Below are positions 1 to 9,234 of a stretch of DNA of 10,740 nucleotides, in pieces. The notes below the pieces were generated by a model. That model had not been told where the DNA came from, ran no database searches, and saw only the letters and a list, made by a program, of their open reading frames with translations. Origin of the DNA: Paraphysomonas bandaiensis (lineage: Eukaryota; Protista; Chrysophyceae); assembly GCA_965644295.1 (NCBI GenBank), contig CBFFRP010000221.1:1-10740 (forward strand), read 5' to 3'. The position numbers and the translations under genes are program-made. Position 1 is the first letter of the stretch; each line of letters starts with the position of its first letter.

Positions 1-1296
1 TAACAATGACCACATTACCGCTATCTATGAAATATAGCACTTAATAATACTGTAGTATTGTATACATCTAATCAATGTAGCTGAAGTTGCAATGAATGAT
101 CAACAATATTGTCAAATTTTATATAAACGATAGAAATCAATCAACATTTTAGATACAGTCATCACTTTGCCCGTTAAGTAGAGGTGAAGTAGCTAAGCGA
201 AAAGGAGGTGGTGATTTTTTTATCATTTATAGGAGCACTCGTTGTGATAAGCCGACGGCAAATACTTCACGACATATTTAGAGTGGCATATAGTATCACT
301 ATAGTGACTATATACTAACTCTCTCCAAGTCCTCCTCAATGAATCTTAATTTAGAAAGGGGTATACTTATATCAAGGGTATAGTCTTAATGTAGGAAACG
401 ACGTGATGTCTCCATAAAAGATTGTATTCGTCTAAAATTATAAAGTATAAATTAGTTGAACTGCAACGAACTAACAATATTGCAATAAACCGTGAACAAT
501 GGCCTTCACAAGTTCATTCAGTTGAGTACTATGTTAGCTACGTTTATTGTCTCTATCCGAAGACATCCTACAACCTACAACTCAAGTGACTACATAGAAG
601 TGTTGAGTGTTGAGTTCTGCTGTTGGAGCAATTGAAAGCTGTAATTCTAAGGTATTGGAAGTATGACCGTTAGTCGAAGAATACAGTAGTGGTTAACAGT
701 ATTATGAGAACTAACAACATGATGGCTACTGTAGTAATGAAACTGAATATAATATAGTGATCATACAAGATAGTGACGATGTAAGATCGTACGAGAAATG
801 ATTGGTCGTAGAGATAACATGAAATTGATGAATGAGAAAGAGATATTGATTATAATTTTATAATAAGATTCACGTCCAGTTAACTTAGTAAATCATCCAA
901 TTGTGTCATAACTTGACAAGAAGGTACACTTAATAATCAATTATTAAAACTGTAATCAACATCTCTTATCGCTCACTGTCAATAGCCAAAATCATGTGTC
1001 AATTACCAATCATTTCCATACAATCTCCATCTAACTCAACGCCTCCCAACGCTGCCTAAATAGTTATTAACTTGACGGCGGGGCCATTTTATTCGCCTGA
1101 TTTTCAAAAATAATAATTATTATGAACACGCTACCCTCACCAGTAAAAAAGTCACTATACCAATAGCCCAACATTATTCGGGTATTACACCTCAAAACTA
1201 CACCTATGACATTTCGACGAGTATGGAGCCATTTGGAGCGCTCCTATATACATAGTACCCAGCACGCACAACCACACCACAATGTAAATGCTGACT

Positions 1297-4200
1297 CTAT
1301 TTTCCATCAACCCATGTTTCTTGGCGGGGCGTAAGATTCATTGTCTTGTTTCGGCAATGTGTTTTCTTCCCAGAAGTGTCAGTTTTTTCCGGGGTGGCTT
1401 GGTACAAATTATGGATCGTATCAAAGATACAATCTTCAACTGCTTTGGAATACAACTGTACATGAAATGAACATCAGACACGCAATTCACGGCAACAACA
1501 GCATTGAGATACCTCCTTGAACCGCTTCTCAGCGCTTCTCCGCTTGATTACAGCATGTATGGTGTCCGAAATATTAAACGGGAGACTAGCAGTCGTGGAA
1601 TGTGTAAATGTGGTATTTCCAGTCGCAGATCTATACGGAAATCTATACTCCACATCACGTCGACGGCATGGTGTTGACTCATTCACTGATTCATTACTCA
1701 TTGATGCCATAATTGGAACACTTCTCTTACGATTCTCCCCGCCAGAAACAAGGGGAAACGAAGACTTCTTGTCTTCCTTTACGCTTGAGATATTGTCTGA
1801 TGTACGTGAGAAAGATTTGGCAATCTCATGATACCCTGTAGCAGAATTCTCTAATGATCCCACGCACAATGCCGAAGCAGCATTATCTACAACTGTCTGA
1901 TAATTTTTCGATTTTCGATTCGACGCAAATACCAATGCCTGAAAGATTTTTTTCGCCTGTTCTCGTTCCGATGAACGGACGAGTACTTCGTTGAACTCTT
2001 CAATATTTGGCATTGTTGGCAATGCTAGTATATAATTACGTAATATAAACGCACTCATTTGGCAAACGGGATTGTCTGTAATGTTAAGCTTTTTGATTCC
2101 GCATCCTCCATGCGAGGCAATCGAGGAAAATAACGTGCTTATCTGCGCAGAATATATCAGGAACGAGTGTCAGTAACGCGCATATAACAACAGAATATGG
2201 CTAAATATAACCCCCACAGAGAAAATATACAAGCAAACTTACATCATAAAACGTTCGTAAATCATTCTCAGCTAGTGTCAGAGTTCTTAAGCTAGGAAGC
2301 CATGACAAATTGACCACAAATTTCGAAATGACAGCCTCTTTTCGCATATGTCGCAGGGAAACCTCAGTCACAGATGATAACATTCGTTTGGAGTGGGCCC
2401 ATTCCCATCCCTCTCCAGTGACAAGAAGAGCCTTCTCGTTGCTGCCGATAACCTAAGAAGTACCCGTATTTAAGACGATGAAATAAAGCGAACATATTGA
2501 CGACAATAAAGAAATTATGAGCTTCCGTAACATAACGATAGAATGCACTCAGTTCAATAAGGTAGGTACAACACAAGAAAATGAATACCTCTAACTCAAA
2601 TGCGTTTTGAATACAAGGCGCACTCTTGCTACTCTGCATTTCTCCAAACTCCAGATTCCCTCCACGTCCTTCCGATGATCCTTTCCCATGTCCCTCCAGA
2701 ACCCCTCCCTGTGCATCTAAAGCGGAGGAGACCCGTGCTGTACCATTGGGAGTATTTTCTGTGGTTGGAGCTGCACTGACAGTCTCCAAAACAAGTGCAG
2801 AACTCGATTTGGATTGACGTCGAGCGGACGACATTTCTCCCTCCGGGGAATGCTGAGTTCCCATTAGAGTGTTCTCCGTTCGGGCTGGAGAGCTGTGATT
2901 TAAGACACCTGGTCGTTGGTTGGATTCTACACTGTCTCGACGTTCAGGAGAAGCCAGAGTCTTTTCCTGTAGATCCCATTCCTCTACGTACCAAACATGC
3001 CATTATTAGCCCACACAATTCACAAAACAAACGTATTGGACCATGTTTACACACTTAGATTACTTACTTATGAGTGCAAGAGACATTGTCCGCTCTTCAT
3101 CCAAAACACGACGCAGATCTAAATGTTTCAAGCTAAAACGCAGAAACGATTAATTTGAGAATACAATGCTATTATCTAGCTTACAATTACAAAACTCTTA
3201 ACATAGACATTTATGCACCAGTAATATCGCCACAAAACAAACGACAATGGACATGCTTGTAAAACTAAAACAGGTACATTCCAGTATACCAAAGAAAACA
3301 AAATAATAACCCACCTAGGAATTCTTCCAATAATCATTTGCCTGTACTCTACGGGGTTGGACTCTGCTATCGGGTTAGCATCTAGGGATAACTCTATGAG
3401 TCCTTTAAGACTATATAAACAAATGATATTCCTTTCTCGAGCAATACGATTATGGGATAGAAACACCCTCTGTAAGGAAGGAATACGATCAAGTTCAAGT
3501 ACTTGCTCAATTGTATTGCGTCTTAAATTCAATTCTGTCAGAGAGGATAATGAGGAAAGATTTTGCACAATACTGATGGCATTTCCTGCTAGGTTGAGTA
3601 CTCTGAGGTCAACAAGACCTTCCATACCTTGAATCTCTTTAATATCATTTGAATGAAGATCCAGCACATCTAATTTTCGAAGAGTTGACAAATTCGATAT
3701 TTCAGTAATTCGATTTTTTCCAACCATTAACACCCGTAGCCCGCGGACCGATGGGAGCGCACCTTCCAACGACGTCAATTTATTATTATATAAATCCAAA
3801 AATATTAAGTTTGGCAAGTTTTCAAGGTTTTGAATTAGCCTGATATTGTTGTTTTGAAAATTAAGAAGACGGAGTCGCTGCTCTTGTTCTAAATGCGGGC
3901 AACAGTCCAATTGCCGTCGGTCTAAATTCAGTCTCTCGGGGTTACGTGCTCGCTCATCATGAAGGCGAAATACCACAAGAGAATCCGGTCTACCTCGATA
4001 TCGAGCAAAAAGTATTCCATCGGGAGGGATATCTTCCGATAGTGGCTCCAAATCTTGACGCGGAAGGAATGATGATGCTTTGCTGTGTTCTCGAGATGAA
4101 TCATCGTGAACGCGATTGTTGGCGCCATATATATCTTGTCTAGACCCTGCCAGTATGCCACGGCTACCTGCAACAGGCTTCGATTGCCCACTAATTTCCA

Positions 4201-4444
4201 AATTTTGTCCAACTTGAAGTGATTTTAAGGAGCCACGAACAGAGCGGCCCTGTTGCTGGTATAGAGGGGCCCTGCCGGACGACAACATCTCACCGCCACT
4301 ACGATTGCGACCGCTAGAACCTTCCGAACCTGTTGCTCGTCTGCCTGAGTATGATAACATTTTCCCCCTAATTTGGTTGGCATCCCCGCTGGCTCCACTC
4401 ATAGTGGGGGTCACAGCCCGCTGATACTGCTGAATACCTTCCAT
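1297..4444 (-). CDS. LRRC49: Leucine-rich repeat-containing protein 49 homolog (tubulin polyglutamylase complex subunit), 6 exons, about 862 aa
   Basis: Exons (minus): 4444-3315, 3132-3068, 2983-2589, 2452-2243, 2142-1513, 1455-1297 (TAG); total 2589 nt = 863 codons, all phases consistent, all introns GT-AG. About nine SDS22-type LRRs (PERLNLDRRQL, LRLLNFQNNNI, LIFLDLYNNKL, LRVLMVGKNRI, LDVLDLHSNDI, LRVLNLAGNAI, LTELNLRRNTI, LQRVFLSHNRI, LIELSLDANPI), then an LRRcap completed only by splicing (YRQMIIGRIPS-LKHLDLRRVLDEER). A second degenerate LRR block (LRTLTLAENDL...IKKLNITDNPVC...LRNYIL) matches the LRRC49 architecture as I recall it. Start taken as ATG at 4444 (in-frame TGA at 4462-4460 upstream); an extra upstream exon cannot be excluded. 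Confidence 0.88.
1456..1512 (-). other. Spliceosomal intron 5 of LRRC49 (57 bp, phase 0)
   Basis: GAG|GTATCT donor, CTGAT branch-like motif, TACAG acceptor; removes the in-frame TGA at 1476-1474 and gives FKE-LYSKAVEDCIFDTIHNL...DGK*. Confidence 0.75.
2143..2242 (-). other. Spliceosomal intron 4 of LRRC49 (100 bp, phase 0)
   Basis: GTAAGT donor, ACTGAC branch-like motif, GCGCAG acceptor; joins in frame to the 2058-1474 ORF. Confidence 0.85.
2453..2588 (-). other. Spliceosomal intron 3 of LRRC49 (136 bp, phase 0)
   Basis: GAG|GTATTC donor, CTTCTTAG| acceptor; joins FELE to VIGSNEKALLVTGEGWEW, in frame with the 2383-2201 ORF. Confidence 0.78.
2984..3067 (-). other. Spliceosomal intron 2 of LRRC49 (84 bp, phase 1)
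   Basis: GTAAGT donor, CTAAT branch-like motif, CGTAG acceptor; joins in frame to the ORF containing MGTQHSPEGEM. Confidence 0.82.
3133..3314 (-). other. Spliceosomal intron 1 of LRRC49 (182 bp, phase 2)
   Basis: AG|GTGGGT donor, TTTTAG| acceptor; splicing restores the LRRcap (IPS-LKHLD). Confidence 0.9.
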
Positions 4445-5119
4445 GACCCCTGCTAACACTCACAGGGAGGTAGGCTACCAAAGCATATATAGATGATCCA
4501 TTTTAATAAGATGAGATGAAGGATTAGAATGTGAGTATCGTAGTTGAAATAATAACGAAGCGCATAATAGAAAGGAGAGTAGAGTTGCTGCAGCCCTCCT
4601 CTTCATGATACTCCACAATAGCATATACATGTATGTACTGTACTACAGATATACGTACACAGCCAGTGTACAGTAACACACAGTGCACTCGCGTTATGGT
4701 GACCCACATGGCGAATCTGACCACCATAACGAAAGTAATCACCATAGAAAACCCAGGTGTGTTAGAAAAGCCAAGTTTTTATACAGGAAAACCATGATTT
4801 TATAGTCAAAACCCTTGAATACTCGTCGTACCTGCACACACATCCGATACCTACAGACATATACGCACATATGTTCTGGTGATGATGATGGACTTTAGTT
4901 TGAACGGCATGTGTGTACATATAACGGATAAACGGTTGCATATATGCTATCTGTACTCCGTATACCATAAATGTATGTGTATTTCGATGAGCTGGGCGAT
5001 ATATTCGATCAGAAGCACTGCTGTTACTTTCCACTTATTGTCCGAATCCCGCTTGAAGAAAGTTTTCCTATTGCGTTTTCATACTTTGTGGTACTGTTGA
5101 TATCATAGAGAATATAAGC
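4445..5119. promoter_or_regulatory. Intergenic region between divergently transcribed genes (candidate bidirectional promoter and 5' UTRs)
   Basis: 675 bp between the minus-strand ATG at 4444 and the plus-strand ATG at 5120; contains a 10-bp inverted repeat at 4692-4731. Promoter function is inferred from gene geometry only. Confidence 0.5.
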
Positions 5120-6486
5120 ATGAGCGATCCTTTGAAAAAGACTGTCAAACTTGGAAATTGGCAAGAAGAAAAGGCCCTTGAATCCATGATGGGCGGCAAG
5201 ACGTATGATCCAAAGGTCAGATCATCGACGGCTCTTACAAACCTCCGTTGTATTGATCATAGTGCAAAAGTGGACGCGAAAGACTATCAGTCCGTTCTCA
5301 AGGACACGCATAAAATTCCTCAGACACATGAAGACTACAACGTGGCTTATGGGAAAGGTCCCCGTGCGCGCTTGAAGGAGCAGATGATGAAGCAGCAAGT
5401 TGAATCAGAATTCGAGGAAAGGGAACGACAGTTAGAAAGTGAACGAAATGCACGATTCCTTACTACTACTACACAGGAGGCAATGTCCAAAGATAATTTT
5501 ACTTCAACTCTGCGAGACAAAATTTCAGGCATGGCTTCCGGTAAGAAACGAGATCCGTACTACTTGAGAGAGGAGCCAATTACGTATTATCTGCATTCCG
5601 CATTGCATTGTGAAGAAGTGTCCTTCCCCGTTACTGCAGTGGGAAGTTTAGAAAAACCCTGGTCAAAGGGTGTATCAATGTCTGGAGGTGTGTAATACAT
5701 AATGTGTAAAACTTCTATCTATATACTGTTCATATCGGATTAACTTGGGATATTTTTTATTTGTACGTACCGTATGTTTGCGTCACGAAGTAATCTGTCG
5801 TGTTAGATATTAAGAATGGGACTCTAAGACATTTCGGCACATTCGAAAATTCCGGAAACCCCCCAACAGTTCGAGAGTTACGAATTTTGCGCAACCTGCG
5901 TACGTCAATAGTTAATTCTTTCTGTGGGGTTTCTCCAGCTGGAAAGCAAGGTAGTACGGTGCGCCTTCTTACTCAACAGCTACTCGATCTGAACAATGAG
6001 AACATTCCCCGTGCATCTGTAAGTGCTGTGGATAACGTCTTGTCCGATATTGTCGGTGTATCATTGTCCTCTGAGCAGTGTGACGCTTTGAAAGTTGCGT
6101 TTTCAAGGTATAACGACGATCGCATAATATTGGTGGAATTTGTGGAATACATTCGCGGTCCGCTGTCACAATGGCAGAGTGATTTGATAATTAAAGCCTT
6201 TATCACCTGCAACCCTGGTGAAGATGACCTCGTTACCGATGAAGGAATTATAAATGCATTCAATACATCTGGAGCAGCCAGCTCACCAAGTGCCGAAGGT
6301 TTATCTGGAAAGGAGTTGCTGAATCACTTCTTGGACAGTCTGCAGGCATATAGCTATACATCAAATGGATTCGAACTCAACGACTTTGTTGAATATTATC
6401 GCGATGTTTACTGTGAAATGAACAACCCAGAACTATTTGAGAAAACTATCATTGCGACGTGGAATATTGACAGTACTGACTGCTAA
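5120..6486 (+). CDS. SPAG8/FAP143-like NWE-motif protein with C-terminal calcyphosin-like EF-hand domain, 2 exons, about 415 aa
   Basis: Exons 5120-5687 and 5807-6486 (1248 nt = 416 codons). N-terminal LGNWQEE motif (5150-5170), then GPRARLKEQMM, TTTTQEAM, YLREEPITYY (5561-5590), PWSKGVSMSGDI. C-terminal half has calcyphosin-type motifs EFVEYIRGPLS...LIIKAF, HFLDSL, DFVEYYRDVYCEMNNPELFEKTIIATWNI. The downstream ORF starts at GTG and has no in-frame ATG until near its end, supporting splicing. Confidence 0.8.
5688..5806 (+). other. Spliceosomal intron (119 bp, phase 1)
   Basis: GAG|GTGTGT donor, T-rich body, TGTTAG| acceptor; G+AT forms Asp and keeps the frame. Confidence 0.8.
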
Positions 6487-7124
6487 GTGTACAAATTTCA
6501 TGCAGAAACAGAAATAGTGAAATGACATACGCATATTTTTGCAGAGGGGTGGAAATGGTCTGGCTGTGAGAGTAGTAAAATAATAAATTTAGTGGGTGAA
6601 TATACCACGATAGTATCGTGCAATGGTAACTGTGTAAGTTCCGGTCGGGCACACAATGAGGGTTTGTGAGAAATACATAGTGCGTGTTTAGTTATTTTCA
6701 TGCTGAGGACTGCACGGTTCTGAAATAGTTGATGCTATTCTAATAAGGACGGAATTAGAAATATTGCATTATTAACATTCTACGTACAACACTGTTAGGG
6801 TAAGTCGGGACTGTACAGTTGTCATGCATTAAATACCAAAGTTGTATTTGCGATATATTTGAAGTATTACACATACCACGCCGTATGAACGAATTAATTA
6901 GACTGGCACAGGACTAGGGCACAATATATTGCAATACATTCTTAGATAGCGCCTCACCAATAATATTGATGTTTTTTTTAAACCGACTCAACAATACTAT
7001 TGCAATATGGTTATTCAGTAAGTAAGCTTGCGTAGATTTCATATTTAGTACTAGCCATTAAGATCACATGATATCTAAACCCACTACGCTGCCAGGCAAA
7101 GACTACCTACTGCTAGCAGCTTAG

Positions 7125-7148
7125 CAGGGCTGCGTATCAATTAATTGA
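7125..7148 (+). repeat. Left terminal inverted repeat of the hAT element
   Basis: CAGGGCTGCGTATCAATTAATTGA; reverse complement matches 8245-8268 except the terminal base. Confidence 0.93.
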
Positions 7149-7399
7149 TTTTCAATCAATTGTCAATAATTGAAATTGGAAATTGGTACATGAAATCGTA
7201 ATTGCAATTATAATTATAATTGACCCCAGCTAGCTTCAATTAATTGATCAAAAAATGTCATGCTTTTTCACCGAAAGTTGTTAAAAACGGCAGTTTTTAT
7301 TGATAAAATCAAATGTTTATGATAAAAATCGAAGATTGATGAAAGACTATAATTTCCATATGGTTATCTTACATAATAATTCACTAATTAATTGGCGAT

Positions 7400-8162
7400 A
7401 TGAGCGATAAACTGGCACCAGAAGTCATAGCACGAGTGTTCTTTGAGAAATAAATCATAATAGCGAAGAGGTTGCAATAGAGACTTGGCAATTCCGGGAG
7501 TGTCCTCTAGGAAAAGGTGTTATAAAGCGAAAGAAGGGCTATTGATGGAGCAACCTGTCGCAGCATGCCATCTATCACGAGGGATGGAAAGATAAAGTTT
7601 TGGCTGCCCTGCGAGGCGGTGGTGCAACGGATAAATATGTTGAGCGCAAAGTATAATATGTGGAATGAATATCACTGATTGGAGTGGGTGATAATAGAAT
7701 ATCTACCTTTTTCTTTTGTGGACACGACAGAACACCAGGTTTAGCAACATTTCGAGATCATCATTGACGATGTATATATCGAAGTCTTAGGTACAGAGGT
7801 AGAATGCAAGATCAAAGCAATACTTCCAATGCAATTCGGTTTGATTGTTGATGGATGAACGTGCAGCAAGGTGCGTTGAAGGCAGTGAGACTCTAGTTCA
7901 GAATGACGACGTTAGATTGATGGTAGCGGGCAACGGAAGCGAGCGCCACTTAACCAGAACTTAACTACCAAACACGTTGCCATATTGCCACAGCATGAAG
8001 CACTTGCATGCCACAACCAATAAGATTGAAAGGTTCTTCAGTAGAGCTAAAATTGTTGTGACTGATTTGCATTTAGAATTACTTATGTTATTACGCATGA
8101 ACCGTCGCCTCTGGAATGAAATGACAGTTGAAGTAGCTATATTGGCAGGTAATGTAGTTTAG
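7400..8162 (+). pseudogene. hAT transposase pseudogene fragments
   Basis: ATG at 7400 (MSDKLAPEVIARVFFEK), frameshift, BED-finger-like relic TWQFREC...GY*WSNLSQHAIYH, *LEWVIIEYLPFSFVD (7676-7723), first catalytic motif LPMQFGLIVDG*T (FGLIVDG*T at 7835-7861), then almost directly the C-terminal dimerisation region TTNKIERFFSRAKIVVTD...LLMLLRMNRRLWN. Multiple stops and frameshifts; most of the catalytic core is missing. Confidence 0.87.
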
Positions 8163-8244
8163 TACTAAATAATTGCAATTAATTACAATAATTGAAATTG
8201 AGATAGCATGTAATAATTGCAATTATAATTTACTACAACCTGCG

Positions 8245-8268
8245 TCAATTAATTGATACGCAGCCCTA
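8245..8268 (-). repeat. Right terminal inverted repeat of the hAT element
   Basis: TCAATTAATTGATACGCAGCCCTA, followed directly by the second TSD copy CTGCTTAG. Confidence 0.93.
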
Positions 8269-9234
8269 CTGCTTAGCAAGTCAATACTTCTTCCTGCTCA
8301 TTCTCTGAGTCATCATTGGTGATGTTATTATCACCGCATCCATTAAAAATTAACTGAAATATGCACCCGGCCACAAGTGTGGATTAGCATTCAGAAACAA
8401 CATCACATTACTAAGTGTTGTAGGGTGCATACTTAGTGCAGCACTGAGATAATAAGTATATAAGTATAGCTGTGCTGAACAGGCGTTCACGTGTATTGGA
8501 AGTATTTTCTCAAGTCATCAAGCAGTAGGGCGGTGATATCGCAATTCTGTTGAGCAGTAGGAATCATATTAGTCACTACATCCGGTGGCCTTTGATTCCT
8601 GATGATATTGCTCATTTCTGGAAGCAGCTTATCAATAAAGTATTTTTACTCAGCTTTAACTTCCCCATTAGCAGGTCTACTTTTCGAATGAAAGGTCGTC
8701 TTGCCTTCGTCAAGTCTCTTTGCTACAGATGAACTCATTGACAGTAAGATTAAGTCGGACACCAAAAACAGCTGGCTTTGTGATTTATACTAACTCTATC
8801 ATACTTTGCATCGGACATGGTGTCCGGACAGTTCGAATTGGTCGTCAGGTGACTGTATGTTGTCGTATGGCCCACATATCCAGCTATGGCAGGGGTCAAG
8901 TTCAATGGACGTACTGGGTGAATGCATAAAAAATCTGGGATATGCATATGTTTATGTGTACACCACAAGACAGAAGCACACAGCAAATAAAGTACAAGCT
9001 ACGGTCTGCTGCTGGTGAGTACGTCGTATTAAAACTCTGCTTTTTCGTCAGTTTCGTTTTTTTGTATATACTGTATATATGTCTGTATGTACAGAGCATG
9101 TGTATGTGACACCAGCAGTGTACAGAAACACCGTACATCGCACTCATAGCAGCTCTCCGCTCTGTTGCTGAACATCACCGTGATGTGGTCATTCCCACAA
9201 TAACTACAACTTGTTGGTGCCATCATAGAGGTTA

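Larger units (their letters stand above)
7125..8268 (+). mobile_element. Decayed, internally deleted hAT-superfamily DNA transposon (1144 bp)
   Basis: 24-bp TIRs (23/24 match, YAGGG termini); 8-bp flanking duplication CAGCTTAG (7117-7124) / CTGCTTAG (8269-8276), 7/8; hAT transposase relics inside. An 8-bp TSD is characteristic of hAT elements. Confidence 0.93.

Noticed and set aside
566-615. Short tandem duplications CCTACAA x2 and TGTTGAG x2
   Set aside because: Only two units each; ordinary slippage, not a telomeric or satellite array.
3176-3314. Hydrophobic, transmembrane-like tail (WVIILFSLVYW...) on the 427-aa LRR ORF, suggesting an LRR receptor
   Set aside because: It is read-through into T-rich intron 1; splicing at 3314 restores the LRRcap and the rest of LRRC49.
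1288-4212. Short ORFs 1288-1470, 1517-1831, 2626-2817, 2795-3058, 3357-3632, 3928-4212 and 3946-4143
   Set aside because: Antisense or alternate-frame shadows of LRRC49 exons with no recognisable motifs.
4524-5100. Three 73-90 aa ORFs in the divergent intergenic region
   Set aside because: Composition reflects TA/CA/TG-rich non-coding DNA; no motifs and no convincing in-frame splice to neighbouring genes.
7676-7858. TGA at conserved Trp positions (*LEW, DG*T), suggesting TGA=Trp recoding or a directed mutation process
   Set aside because: Host genes use TGG for Trp and gene 3 ends in TGA; the element also has frameshifts and TAA/TAG stops, and two events are too few to infer a mutational mechanism.
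8550-9228. Overlapping short ORFs and a GTGAGT donor at 9015 as a possible upstream coding exon of gene 3
   Set aside because: Splicing 9015-9228 would place an in-frame TAA (8988-8990) just upstream with no ATG between; at most a 5' UTR intron, untestable here.
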